DNA of 64,000 nucleotides from the human T2T-CHM13v2.0 reference genome, Homo sapiens. Positions 1 through 17,870 of this stretch are shown one piece after another. The notes under the pieces were generated by a model, which searched no databases, was not told where the DNA came from, and saw only the letters and a list, made by a program, of their open reading frames with translations. How positions within the stretch are numbered: the stretch's first letter is position 1; the number at the start of each line of letters is the position of its first letter. Location: NCBI RefSeq assembly GCF_009914755.1, contig NC_060925.1; one strand, written 5' to 3'. Position numbers and translations under genes: made by a program.

Positions 1-366
1 AACGCAAACCAACCAATCTTGGGTACCAGGCAATTAGAGACCACTCCTACAGCCCCAAACCCTATGTGTCTCAGAGTGCTTTCGGGCCAAGTGGCCCTAC
101 ATGATGAGGTGATAAATGCATTTCAACCTCAGAAATTTTGCACTTGTTACCTTTTCCATCTCTTCTCAGATGTCTATAACATCTACTTCCTCACTTTATG
201 CACGTCTCCCAAATGTCACTAGAGATGTCTTCCCTGAGCCACACTATCATATATAGCAGCCCCTTCATCCCTCCTTTCTTCCTAGTGCTTGTATCACATT
301 GTCACACATTTTTTCTTATTTTATTATCTTTTTGCCCCATTATATTAGTTTGCATTGAAAAAATGC

Positions 367-955
<589 letters not shown>

Positions 956-1014
956 TGTTTCCAGGCATATAGTACATGCTCAATAAATACCAGTTCTAAG
1001 ACTCCCAAGTCTGG

Positions 1015-1594
1015 TGTGGAGACTGAGGACATCCCAAAATATGACTATAGGACACCAGAATACTCCACCACAAAATATGCCTTTTGAGCATGTTTTGAGC
1101 TGCTTAGTCGGAGACACTGCAGACACAGAAGTAGCTCTGAAAACCCATCCTTTTATACAAGAAATTTACATCTATAAAGGAAATCTACATCAGTAAAAGT
1201 ATCTGTATCAGGAAGAGGGCTGCTCTGAGACAACTTTATTACCTGATTTTTAATCTGCATAACAAGACAACATTTATTCACCATGCATTTCCTTACCTCA
1301 TCCTTCTGAAACTTATTTCCACTGCCCACCAGAAGCCCCAAGTCCCAGTGCCTTTCTGTATGTAATTCAGGATGCTATATAAGCTTAAATCGTCTATTTT
1401 CACAGGACTGCTGTGTGTATGCATTTAATTAAACATGCATACACACAGGAGTTTTTCTCCTGCTAATTTGTGTAGCTTTTTCTCCTGCTAATTTTTGTAG
1501 CTTTTTCTCCTGCTAATTTGTGTAGTGGCAATTTAATTTACAGCCCAGCCAAAGAACCTAGAAAGGTGGAGGGAAGACATTTTTCTCTCCTACA
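1015..1594 (+). mobile_element. ERV1 solo LTR (MER34/MER39-like)
   Basis: TG...CA termini, CCCAAAATATG starting motifs, ends TTTTCTCTCCTACA. Confidence 0.6.
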
Positions 1595-2052
1595 CTAGCA
1601 GGCCAGTTTCTGTTATCCTCTGCTGGTGTCTAAAATCTCTAAGCAAAACATGACTCTTTGAAACCCTTAGCAGCTTAATATTAAAATTTTGATGGCTTTT
1701 CAATAAATTTGTATAATTAGACTAATTTTTATAATTCTCATATTTTTAAAGGGCAGAACGTATCAAAACACAGGGTGGTTGTCAGTGAAATTTATAAATT
1801 TATGGAAGAGTTACAACCTTAATTAAATTTTTATATTGCCTTTACTTTCTGCCAGTAAAAACCAAAACATCTGGGTTTTGGCCTGTTCTTATGAAAACAA
1901 GTCTTTTTTTTAACATAAAATAAGTATAAATTAACACTAATATTATGGTTTCTTATCATGTAGGTAGAGTTATAACAAAGTTGTTCCACGATATCAACAT
2001 AAAAATATAGGATTTATATTTACCTCTTCCTTGTCAATGAGTAAGAAATACA

Positions 2053-2424
<372 letters not shown>

Positions 2425-2984
2425 CTAGCAAGCAGCTAAATCGTGTTCTACCCAGGCAAGGTAAGGCAGGGCTTTTAACAACTATTGTAAGTTCATACAT
2501 CTGGAGGGTCTATGATTGATGATGGCTGGTTATCAGCTTAGGATGTCTCTAGTTGAAGATCGATTTAGTTTTGTGTAGCTGTTTCTCCAGGATGTCAGTG
2601 ATTGGGCCCAGTAGAAATAGCTCAAATCAAATGCAGCTGGTTTTATAATTTGGCCCATTTAAACAGGTCAAATTCCATCTGGGTGTGTATGTGACTGAGA
2701 TCCAACTCCTCATGCCCTCCCAGCTCCATTTTAGCAACTCTGACATAATCATCTCCATTTTCAATTTTCTTTTCACATCCTCATGACTAGATTGTACTGT
2801 ACATTGAAAAGTTATATTTTCAGTCATAAGATTTTGCCGTCTCCTTTATTCAAAACATATGTACACCAAAAAGGTGAAATGAGGGCCTAATTTATACTCA
2901 GAGCAAAACGTGATTCACAATTCTACAGCCCAGAAAAGTTTTGAAAAATTAAAGGCTTTTTTAAAAAATCTATAAGATATGACC

Positions 2985-4420
<1,436 letters not shown>

Positions 4421-4843
4421 ATGACTTGAACTTATTTGGTAGCAAAATGTGACCATTATAAAACTGTTGATTGTCTTTATTTATGCCACTTAGTGTGACT
4501 ACGTGTATCTTTTTCTGTAGAAACGTTAATTCATTTCTTTATCAGGTGCTATCCTGGACCCTGCTGGAAATGTTATATATATTGCAAAATGTGTTTACTG
4601 TTTATCATTCCAAAATGGTAGAAATTCTGAATTCTTAATTTTGAAACACATCTGGTTCCAGGAGTTTTTGAATAACAGATATGTACCAGGATTGTTACTG
4701 ATAATCACTAGCATAATACTAAATGCTGAACTTCAATTTTGGTTTCCTTCTTGTGCCCCAAGACCAAGGAGAACAGATCCATGTTTAATGAAAAGGCAAG
4801 TTTGATATTAGTTGGCCTGAAAGCACTCCTTAGATATTTATAG

Positions 4844-5353
<510 letters not shown>

Positions 5354-5821
5354 TAGCACCTCTAAGAAGTGCCTAGAAGTTAGTTTTTTTCCCCAGGACC
5401 AAAAATTTTAATGAAAAACAAAAAACAAATCCAAACACCTGTAGAGCGAGTACCTTCTAATGCAAAGAATCCCTGCCATAATCTGTAAGAAGACCGCTTC
5501 TCTTAATGAATCACCAATGGGATGGAATCTGAAATTGTAAAATACTGTAAGTCAATGTTTCTTATTTGTTGGAAACCCAGATGTTGTCATATTATAGACA
5601 CAATGGTATAATAACACAACCTGTAGGTCCCTGGCAGAATTGCAATAGATCATTAGTAATTCTTTGAATTCTGAAAATACTAGATGGAGGTTTAACAACA
5701 GCAAAAAATTCCAGTGAGCTGAGACCTATTTTTAATTTGCCTCTTACTGGAAATTGAAAGATATAAAAGACCCCTAAAGACATATTTAAACCAAAATGGT
5801 TTGGGTACCCTGTACCTAGGC

Positions 5822-6010
5822 TGGTGGTCCCCAAAATAGTCCCTGGACCAGCAGCATCAGCATCATCTGAGTACTTGTTAGAAATGCAAATTCTGGGCCC
5901 CATCACAAACCTGCTGAATTGGAAACTACAGAGTGGGGTAGAACAGCAATTCCTCTTTAAACAAGCCTTGCAAGTGATTCTGATGCCTGCTAATGTTTGA
6001 GAACTACTGG
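5822..6010. mobile_element. MER5A (hAT-Charlie) DNA transposon relic
   Basis: CCCTGGACCAGCAGCATCAGCATC...GTTAGAAATGCAAATTCT...GTGATTCTGATGC...TTTGAGAAC. Confidence 0.8.
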
Positions 6011-6591
6011 CCTGTGCAAATGTCCCAACATATTACAAGACACATTTGGAAAATATTTTACGTAACACTCCCCATTCAGAAAGTCATGCTATACGTTAAC
6101 TCATATTAAAGGCTCCGAGTAGATCTGCAGTAAAGGAAACTGATGAAAGCGTAGGAATTTGGAAGAACGAAAGCAGGACATTACAGTGCCCCCAGGGCAG
6201 TTTGTTGCTTTCCTAGAGATATAGTAACTTCAGTATGCAGAGACCAAATTTGTTTTTCCTTTAAGCAGTGCAGTAAAAATTGTTTTTAATGATTGTTTGT
6301 GTTCTCTTTTTGATTTGCTAGGCAGCTATTGGTCTTTATGTAGGGCATATGTGCCTGCCTCTAATGGGGTATGGTAAACTGTTCTTGTCCCCAGAGGGAC
6401 CCCAGATGGCTTGGCAACCTTTTCCTGTGGGAGGGCATGATTTTAGACTGCTGTTTTCCATAAAAGAAAAATCAGGGATGTGAGTCCAACCAGAAACAAG
6501 TTGTAAAGACTCAGAAGCTGACACAGATGGGGCTCATTAGCAATATTCTTAAAGAGCCAAAAGAAGCCAAGAATAGAACATTCTCTCTCTT

Positions 6592-6893
<302 letters not shown>

Positions 6894-7688
6894 CATTCTC
6901 TCTCTTGTTCTCTCCCATTCTTTGTATGATATTCTCTTCTTGTTGTATATTAGATTCACCTTTTGCCCTTTAAACATCTGTTTAAGTGAAGAAAGCAATT
7001 TAAGATAGAAGATTATGATGATCATTATACCGCCTTTTCTAAAAACAAACAAACAAATTTACTCCTTCACCCCAGGCTTGAAACCTCAGTCTCAAATTGA
7101 CCTTGAAGAAGTCAGTAATCATGTTCATTATTGTCACCATAAGTGCACTAAATTAAGCAAACAATTCTACTGTCTATTCTCAGCAATTGTGTAGATCAAG
7201 TTATACATTTTGAGCACTCCCCTTATTCTTATTTCCATCATATATTTCTACTTAGTTTCTTCTTTGCACCAACCTTCTCTCTTATTCTAATTTACGTTAT
7301 ACTTTTAATTTTGAGTTTCTTACCATGTTGCTATGAATTTTATAGAAACAATCTATAAATAAAATTAATTCATATTCTCTTCTTCATTCTTATATATAAA
7401 TAATACATTCTGGTTTTTTTCCTTTAGCATCCTTCATGACTTAGCAAATATTTTTTGAGCATCCACTATGTCTGCCCTATGGAAGGTGCCATGGATATAT
7501 AAAATTATATCACTTTAACCTCCTCAAATCTGGAACAGTTTGAACAAGAAGTAAATAATGAAAGTCATGAATTGTAACCTATTTATTAAAATAAGAGTCC
7601 ATGAATAAATAAATAAGTAAATAAGAAAACTCCTCAGTAGAATTCCACCTGACAGATGTAGAAAGAATAAGAAAATTAAATGCTACTG

Positions 7689-8700
<1,012 letters not shown>

Positions 8701-9225
8701 AATGATATTTTTATAGTAGTTCCCTTTTAATTTATACTCCTCTTTCCATATGCTCTTTGAGTTATATGAATATACATTTTTTCCTAAATAGAACTTTTCA
8801 TTTTTAATCCAAAAGTGTAAATCATAATCACTTTAATTTTTTTCTATATTGCATCCACATGCCAAAAAAAAAAAAAGGAAAGAAAAAAGTTTGCCATTAT
8901 TATAGTTAATGAGCATCCTCTAAGCCAGAACAGAATTCTGTGGGTAAAATACAGCATATATTCCATTTACTTATGTATTTTAATACATAAGATATAAATT
9001 TTAAGTGAAAGTCAATGGCAGCATCAAAGAGACAAGATGTCATTAAAAAGAAGTAACATTTAGACTGGAGCAGAAAAGCAGGTGGATGGGGCTGTTTCAG
9101 CTACTTAGTTTGATGATGGTGGCAGATGCATTCATTTAATCATTCAACAAACGCCTAAGCACTGAGGCCTGAGAGATAACAGGAGCAGACAAGGCTTGAG
9201 CACTGTTCTCGTGAAGCTCTTCGGG

Positions 9226-9252
9226 GTGTGTGTGTGTGTGTGCGTGCGTGTG
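9226..9252. repeat. (GT)n microsatellite, imperfect
   Basis: gtgtgtgtgtgtgtgtgcgtgcgtgtg. Confidence 0.85.
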
Positions 9253-10901
9253 CTGGGAGTGGTGGAGGGTAGGGGTACACTAGGAATAAAGTGCAATGAC
9301 TGGAATACATTGGCATAGGGACACTTGGAGGAGGACATAGATGAAGCAACTAACCAGATGGCTTCCAGGTGGAAAGGATATCTAGGCAGAGGCCGGGAAG
9401 GTCAAAACTGCTAAACGTATTTCTTTGAATCCTCTCAGAGCACCACTTCCTTCATGCCAATCAGTTGCCTCCTTGAATCTCTGTTCAGTTAACAAGCGGT
9501 GGAGTAAGTAGGGCAGATCTTTAGCAGCTGTGAGAAGGGAAACAATATGTACAAAGAAAATTCCAATTGAGAAAGAGCAGGGACAATTGAAGAAACTTTA
9601 AAAGGTTCAGCATAGCCAGTATAAATTGGGAAGGGAGAGTGGAAAAAGGTGAAGCTGTAGGGTAAACAAATGCCAGAACATGAAGGATCTTATGTTCTGT
9701 ACTGAGACATTAGATATTATTTTGAGCACAAAGGGGCATGACTCCTTATAGATAATTTTTATTCAGTGTATGAATCTTTAGTGGTTTGCAGTTTAGTTTT
9801 TGGGCTCTCTATCACAGCAACTGCCTTCTCACTACGCTGCCCTAAGGATAATAGAGATCATCCCAAGCTTGCTGAATCCTACAGAAACCTGAGATGATCA
9901 GATCTGTCCCAAGATGGAGTGCAGAGGAGACTTGCTTGCAGAAGATTCTTCTGCTTGGAATACCAGCACTTGAAGACTGTCTTCAGGTTTCTTTCCCCTC
10001 CTGTTGGAAATGGGCTCTGCTTCTGTGTCCAGGGATTGTGACAAGTAAATATCCTCTATATCTTTACAAAAATAATGATGGAAATGGTACTTTAAAAAAA
10101 TGTAATACCACGTGGAATAGTATCATTGAAACTGCTCATCACATTTTAAGGTTTCCAAAACGGGGAAGTTGAGGATCAGTTTCGGATAACTAAGCTACTC
10201 ACAGCTTGATGTAAGGGGATTTTCCACTCAGCAGCCTCTTTTTACCAAGTGCCACAGGCACTTCATAAAATTACTCACCAGAGATGGGAGTGTTTTTCTA
10301 TTTTATCTCAAGGGTGTACTCCAGAAGAAAATTCAATTTATGTTTTACTAGTTTTGTAAGATTTCTGTTTTAGTCAGGCTATGCTAACTGCCATTTAAGA
10401 AAAAAATAACTCCTCTCATATTTTTAATACACAATTAAAGTTTATTTATGCTTCATGGCACAGTCCAATGCAGGGAAGAGGAGAGGGGAGCCTCTGGTTG
10501 ATGGTCATCCATGGATCCAGACTTCTCCCATGAAGTGGCTCTGCCATCATCTAGGGCACTGGAGTCCTCCACTTCATCCAAAATAAAAGAGGTGTACATC
10601 ACTTCTGCCCACAATCCATTACACAATCATGTGGCCCCCGCCCCAATTATATAGAATGCTGGTAAATGCAATCCAACTGTGTGCCCAGGACAAAGAGAAC
10701 ACAAGCTTTCTCTTCCTCAATTTCCATGCTAAAACTTAAACTAACAGATGCTACATTTTAAATTTATTTCAGTGATGTTTCTGTGACAGTTGTTTCCTTA
10801 CTCTTTCCTCCCCAGGTTTGTTTGTAGGCTATCATTTGGATATTGATTGGAGATTGTCCTAATTTTTACATTCATATCATTAACATGTTTAATCTACTTG
10901 C

Positions 10902-11276
10902 TGTCTTAGTCAATTTGAGATGTTATAACAAAGTACTGTATATTGGGTGGCATATAAACGATAGAAATTTATTTCTCACAGCTCTGGAAGCTGGAAGTTT
11001 CCAATGAGGGTGCCAGTAGAGTTGGCCTCTGGTGAGGGACCTCTTCCAAGCTGCAGACTACTGACTTCTTTTTGTATCTTTAGATGGTGGGAGCAGGGGT
11101 AGAGAACTCTCTGAGGTCTCTTTTCCATTAGTGGGCACACTAATCCCATTCATAAGAGCTCCACCATCACAACCTAAATTACCTCCAAAGGCCCCAGCTC
11201 CCAATACCATTATACTGGGAGTTAGGATTTCAGCATATGAATTTGGAGGGGGGACATGAACATTGAATCCATTATA
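10902..11276. mobile_element. MLT1A-like MaLR LTR
   Basis: TGTCTTAGTC...AGAAATTTATTTCTCACAGCTCTGGAAGCTGGAAG...GGGAGTTAGGATTTCAGCATATGAATTTGG. Confidence 0.8.
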
Positions 11277-14200
11277 TTTGCTTTCTCAAAAACCACTGTT
11301 GGTACAAATTTTATATGACAGACAAGAAGATGAATGGTATTAATAAAACGTATCTGAACATATCTCCTACGTCTATTTTATTTCCTCCCAGAGAATTTAT
11401 TTTATTGAAGCATTTGAATTACACACTACTTTATAGAACAATTATGTGACTCAAGAGACTCTTATTAGATCTAAGCCATAAATTGAGTTTTAAACTTTAT
11501 AGTGGCCAATATGAATAGTTAAGTGTTATTTTATCATATATACATCCTAATTATTTATCATTATAATCACTGTCATAAAATATTTGGGTCAGCTATGGAG
11601 AATGGAGGAGAGAACCAGTGAGTTAGCAGGTGTTCCTGAAAAACAACAACAAAAATCCCCTTTGTACTTCTTCAGAAATTGTCACAAAAGTTAAAAAACA
11701 TAAAAATGCTGTATTTACAGATTATAATTATTGTTTAAAAACATTGAAGGTGCTCAGCTTTATTCACATCAAGGTTTGATCTGGGGGTTGGATGGGGTAG
11801 AGGGGCAAGTAGAGAGAATCTAGTTGAGATTGAGATTCTGTGATATTTTATGATATACCAGTGAACTGTTGTGATTCCAACCTGGATCTTTCCTTCTCTA
11901 CCATTTTCTATGACAGAATGCCATACTCTTCCATATGATAATCTGTTAAGTCTCTGAAGATAGTCATTTTACCATGAAATTTGACGGCACACCAAATAAC
12001 TCTTCAACTCATGTAATTAAAAGAACACCAATAATAAAAGCTAACTTTTGCTGAGTATATATTATGCAGCTAGTATTCTTCTAAGTGCTTTAGATGCATT
12101 AACCTGTGTGGATCATTACAACATCCTTCCACAATAGGTATTCTTGGCCAGAGTGGCTACATAATTTACCTAGGTTCACATAGCTAGTGATTGACAAAGC
12201 CTACACTTGAGTTACTTTGTTATATGATTTTCCATATAATAGTCTTTTTACCCACAGGAGAATTTTTCAACAGCTTTCAAAGTTTATGATAGTACACCAA
12301 TTAGATTATGAATACACATTTTCCCATTAGTCCATGGTATATCAAAATGCCTTTTTAAAGCTTGTGTGGAACAAGACAAATGCCTCGTGTTATTCTGTTG
12401 ATTTTTACTAAATATGCTGAAATATTAGGTATCATACAGTATATTTAAATTTATACACTGTTCTATTGTATCTGGATTTGCCTCCAAACTTTATATTCCT
12501 GTGCCCTATTTTATGATGATATAAGTAATAGTCTAGTAGTCAAGAAACTACTCACATCTACTAAATCTCTGCTTAATGTTGAATTGGTCCAAAGCAAGGC
12601 ATGGCTCCCTTTCCCAGAGTTTAAAATCAAGATGTGAAGCCTAGCTTAGGCTTCATGATAAAGGTTGAAGCTATGATAAAGGTTGATGCAATTGCAGTTA
12701 TGAGTTTCCATGCTGTTTTTTTAAATATATTTTTCTCATCCTTAATCAGATAATTTTTTTAATATCTAAAAAAGAAAAGGAAAAGTATTAAAAAATTCAG
12801 ATTACATATGAGAAAAAATAGCCCCAGTCCTGAGCTGGGGCAGAAGTTTTAGAACTGACGTGATTAGCCAGCTGTTCCTCCTAAGCTGGAAGGGTGGCCC
12901 TTGCAGGGTGTCGGATTGAACGTCTTGTAGATGGCGCGCCACCTGGTCAGGCCTTGGTGTGTGCTCACTTCCTTGTCCTGTACCCTTTGGTCCCATTTCT
13001 ATCCCAAGGTAACTACCAGATTTAACATTTCCATTCATGACTGTTAATCCTGGACTATAAAAGGGGCGGGATTGTCCCCTTTACTCCAACCTGCCACCCT
13101 GGGGAGGAATTGCCTTCCTAGATCCAAGTCTCCGAGTGCTGATTCCTTCTTTCCTTCCTTAATCCTCCCTCACCGATCTTTCCTTTTTCTTCTGTTCTAC
13201 AATTCCTTGTTGGTACTTTCCTTCTAAAGCTAAGAGTTCTGGAATTGGCTGCTTTTAGGCAAAATATACATTTCTACAGGTATTTTTCTGAGATTCTCCT
13301 TAGGGTTCCCCCATATAATTTCCATACTCCCACTGTCTTTGGTTTTAGTAGGATTTGGTCAATAACCTCACATAGGTTGGTCAGTCCGCCAGACTCCTAG
13401 GGCGAGCCCATCAGGTTGTTACAGCACGGTCAGCAACAGCTGCAAATAATTAGCACTCACAACTTCTATAAAGAAATCTTCCGAAGGAGGGAATGGGTTG
13501 GTGGGTTGCCAGTGGCAGGAAGCCTGGACTAGCCATTAGGTCACTCGATTAGTCTTTGATTCATAGGTTTGCTTCCTGTAAGAGGCTTGAAAAAATCAGT
13601 GTTGAGCCTAACTTTCCTTGATGCAATAAAGCAGAAAAGAGATGTCCAGGTGAAATTCTAGGAGCAAAGGGAGAGGGAGAGTGGCTCAAGTCAGAAGATA
13701 GAAATTGACCTTTTACTTAAAAGTTGTTGTGCTTTGTTGACTAATTTCCCATCAGTGAGTCACTCCGGCCATTAGATGTTATTCCAGTTTATAACAGCGC
13801 ATCACTTATAAGAATCACCATCAAGGAAGGAAGAACTGGCTATAATCCATGAACAACAAATAGCCATCTTCATCTTTTTTCCCCTTGTAAACAGCTTTCC
13901 TATATTTTAAAACTTTCACTTGCTGTTAGAATTGTTTTCTTTATATTATGCCTAAATATTGCTTTATTCAATGACAAAGCAAAATATAAGCAAAAAACCA
14001 AATGCTATCTCTCCTGTCCTTAGATACCTCAACCTAGCATTCTAGAATTGCCTCATGGGACAGACCAAGAATCAGCCCAGACAGATTGCACCTGACAGAG
14101 GCCCTGGAGAGATGGCAGGGATCTGCCCCATAGGCCTCCGTGTCAGTTTCCCAGTCAGAGATGTTCTGTCAACTGTCAAACATTTTGATTACCTCCGGTT

Positions 14201-15258
14201 ATTCCTTAATTTATTAGGGACACTTATACTTTCAGCCCATACCCTCCTTGTGACTGTCAGCCTCTGAAAGCAGCTCTGACAATATTCCTGTTTCTATATT
14301 TTACACATAAGATGTAATGTCATTATTTAGTATCCTTAGCGATAAAGGATTAGAGTCACCCATATGTAGTTTCTAGTTTTGCCCAGTGTCAATCATGACC
14401 CAATATGCATATAGCAAAAAGAATCTTCTTTTTAATTTCTATAACCACCATAACAAAGCCATTGAAATCAAAAGCTTTTGTAAATTTATAGGATTTACTA
14501 AAGATTGTGTAAAGAACAGGGAAAGGAGTTATATTTCACACCACACAGCACATATCTTAATAAATCTCCATTGCTGTTTACCTAAGTTCCCTCTTCAGGC
14601 TTACCATCATTCTATCCAAGATCCCTTCCTCCCTCTCTCTCCTTTCCTTCCAGCCCACCACTCCCTCCCTCTGCTTCCTGCTACCTTTCTTTATTGTGCA
14701 GAATCTCTGGGTGCTGGCCACCTTCTACTTAACTGAGAAATTATTAAAATCTTGTTTCACTAAAATCAGTCTTTCTCTTGAAAGGCAAGATGAGGGCAAA
14801 ATGAATTGTTGCTTTCAAAAAAATAACATTTTATCTAGATCATTACATTGCGTAATACATAGTTTCTTTACTTTCCTGTGTTAAACTAATTTTTTAGATC
14901 CAAAAGCAGAACCACAAAGTAGTTCAATTGATTTCCAAAACACCTTAGACAATCCCAATTATAGTCTTACATCAATATAAATTACTCTACTTTTTTCCTT
15001 TCTGACATTCCTGCCTGCCTCTACCAGGTATAAGATAGTTGGTTATGTGCAAGCTGTGTCATCTATTTACATCACGACTTATTTTTTTTGGCCTTTCATT
15101 TATCTTCTCCTTAAGGCCTCCACATTCCTCTTCTGCAAGAAGCATGGAAGAGATAAAGGGTGTTGGGAAAAAAATTAGTTTTTGGCTACTCTCCTAAACT
15201 TTGACCTCCTGTGTTCTTCTGCTAGCATTCATATCTATAGCAATGTGCTTTAAGATTA

Positions 15259-15604
<346 letters not shown>

Positions 15605-17567
15605 TCAGTGCTTTGGCGGGCTGATCATAACTTTTCTCAGTTCTGAGAAGTCATTTGTTTCCCAGCACTGTTTCTTACCTTGCTGGGTTTTTCAGCCTAC
15701 ACAGGCCACATCCATCAGTTCAGTCTCGTGCCTATTAATGCATGCTGTCCCGAAGAAGAAGCAGTATGTGTCTCTAAGCACCAAATTCATTTTTAGGAGA
15801 AAAAGAATTTTTAATGGCAATCCTACAGTTTCATTAAATTCAATCTGATATATTATCAAACACTTATGTGCCAAGTCCTCTACTAAGTGCTGGGGATACA
15901 ACATATCCTTGCCTTTGATGAATTTACAATCTAAACTGCAAGATAATTTGTTGATATTTATCAAGAATTATGAAGATGTTCCCACTCCTAAGAATTTATT
16001 TTAAAGGTAAAATACAATACAAGCTGCATGAAAAAAAGGAATTTATCCTTATTTTTATTTTGTTTATGTTTGTTTTGCTTTAATCAGAATAAATGTCTGG
16101 CACCTAGCTGATACTTAATAAATGTTGATGGTTTGTGGAGGTGTTGTCCAAAGCCTGGTATAGGACTCCTCAAGGCATAGCTGTGACTCTGAGTTTGCCT
16201 CTGTAAAGAACAAAGCTTTCTACTATATTACTCTGAGGAGGACTTGGAGGAACAAAGGGTCTGGTCTCTATCAGTGCCCCTCCCATAAATATTTTCTTTG
16301 CACAAACAGCAGAATACAAATAAAAGGATAAATAGGTAGCCGTTTATGCTGTGTCTGCTCTCCATCCCCTCAAGAATCTTGAGGTCTAAGTTACACATAC
16401 AATGAACCCAAGTGCTTGTCAATACCAAAGCCCTTTTCCCCAGTCCAAGGGACAGGCAGAGCAAGTGCTAATATTAGCAGTGACATTTATTCGTTAATTC
16501 ATTCAAGAACATTTATTGAGCTACCAGAGATATAGAGATACTCTGGAGTCTTGTTTCATAAGCAATCAACCAAAAGAAAGGAGGAAATGTTGAATTTTAA
16601 TCTTCTGATTGAGTTTTCTGTATCAAGCTTAACATAAGCTCCATGGAGACAATTGTTGCAAATGTCCTGCTTCTTAATCCTTTTGATAGAAATTAGCTGC
16701 CATCACGGGGAAAGGGATTTTAAATGGATTATTATGCAATACTATGCAATCAGCCAATACTGCATTATACTCAATATCTTTAAAGAGCCTGGTGTTCCTG
16801 CTTTGGAATGACTCAATGAAATGTCTTCTACAATGTCTCTTGGGATACTTCCCTCTTATCCCACCTATCTATGGGTCCTTCAACCACACCCAGGCTTTGC
16901 TCCCACTCTCTGAATTTCCCAATTATGAAGTATTTGTCATACTGAGTTATAGCACCCCAATTCACTTTCACTCACTCATGTTGGAAATTACTCATGTTGT
17001 TGGCTACTGGAAAATAAGTCAGTAATGTTCCTGTCTGAGCTGTCACATAGTATGCTTCCTTGACATCTGGAACCCAAGTGATGCGGACTTGAATGATCAC
17101 AATACTGCAGCAATTTGGATTAGAAATCAGACATATGATGGCAAAGTGGCCGTTAGAAGAAAGACAGTAAACCTAAGTTTATCACGTATGAGAAGAAGCC
17201 ATGCTAGCTGTGAAAAAGCTACAAAATGTAATCATTCTGAAATCTTAAGAAGCTTACAGCATAGTGAGAAAGATGGATATTGATAAGAGTGAGATGCCGT
17301 TTTAGAGATGCAAATAGTTACACAGGAGCACAAAGAAGGAAATTACTAACCGTGGATATTATAGCACGTGGGTCATTGAGTTGGTTAAAATCATGGGCTT
17401 TGGAGTCAGACAAGGGTTGGGTTAAGATACTAAATTTATCATTTATTGGCTTTTTAGCTTTTTAATCTTGAACATATTATTTATCTTTTCTATGCCTCAG
17501 ATAATCTCAAATGTCAAATGGGATGAATAATAATAACTATTATGTCATAAGATTACTGTGAGGCTCA

Positions 17568-17870
<303 letters not shown>

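Noticed and set aside
12655-12686. Duplicated ATGATAAAGGTTGA (paired GATA-like sites)
   Set aside because: Short local duplication; not enough evidence of function
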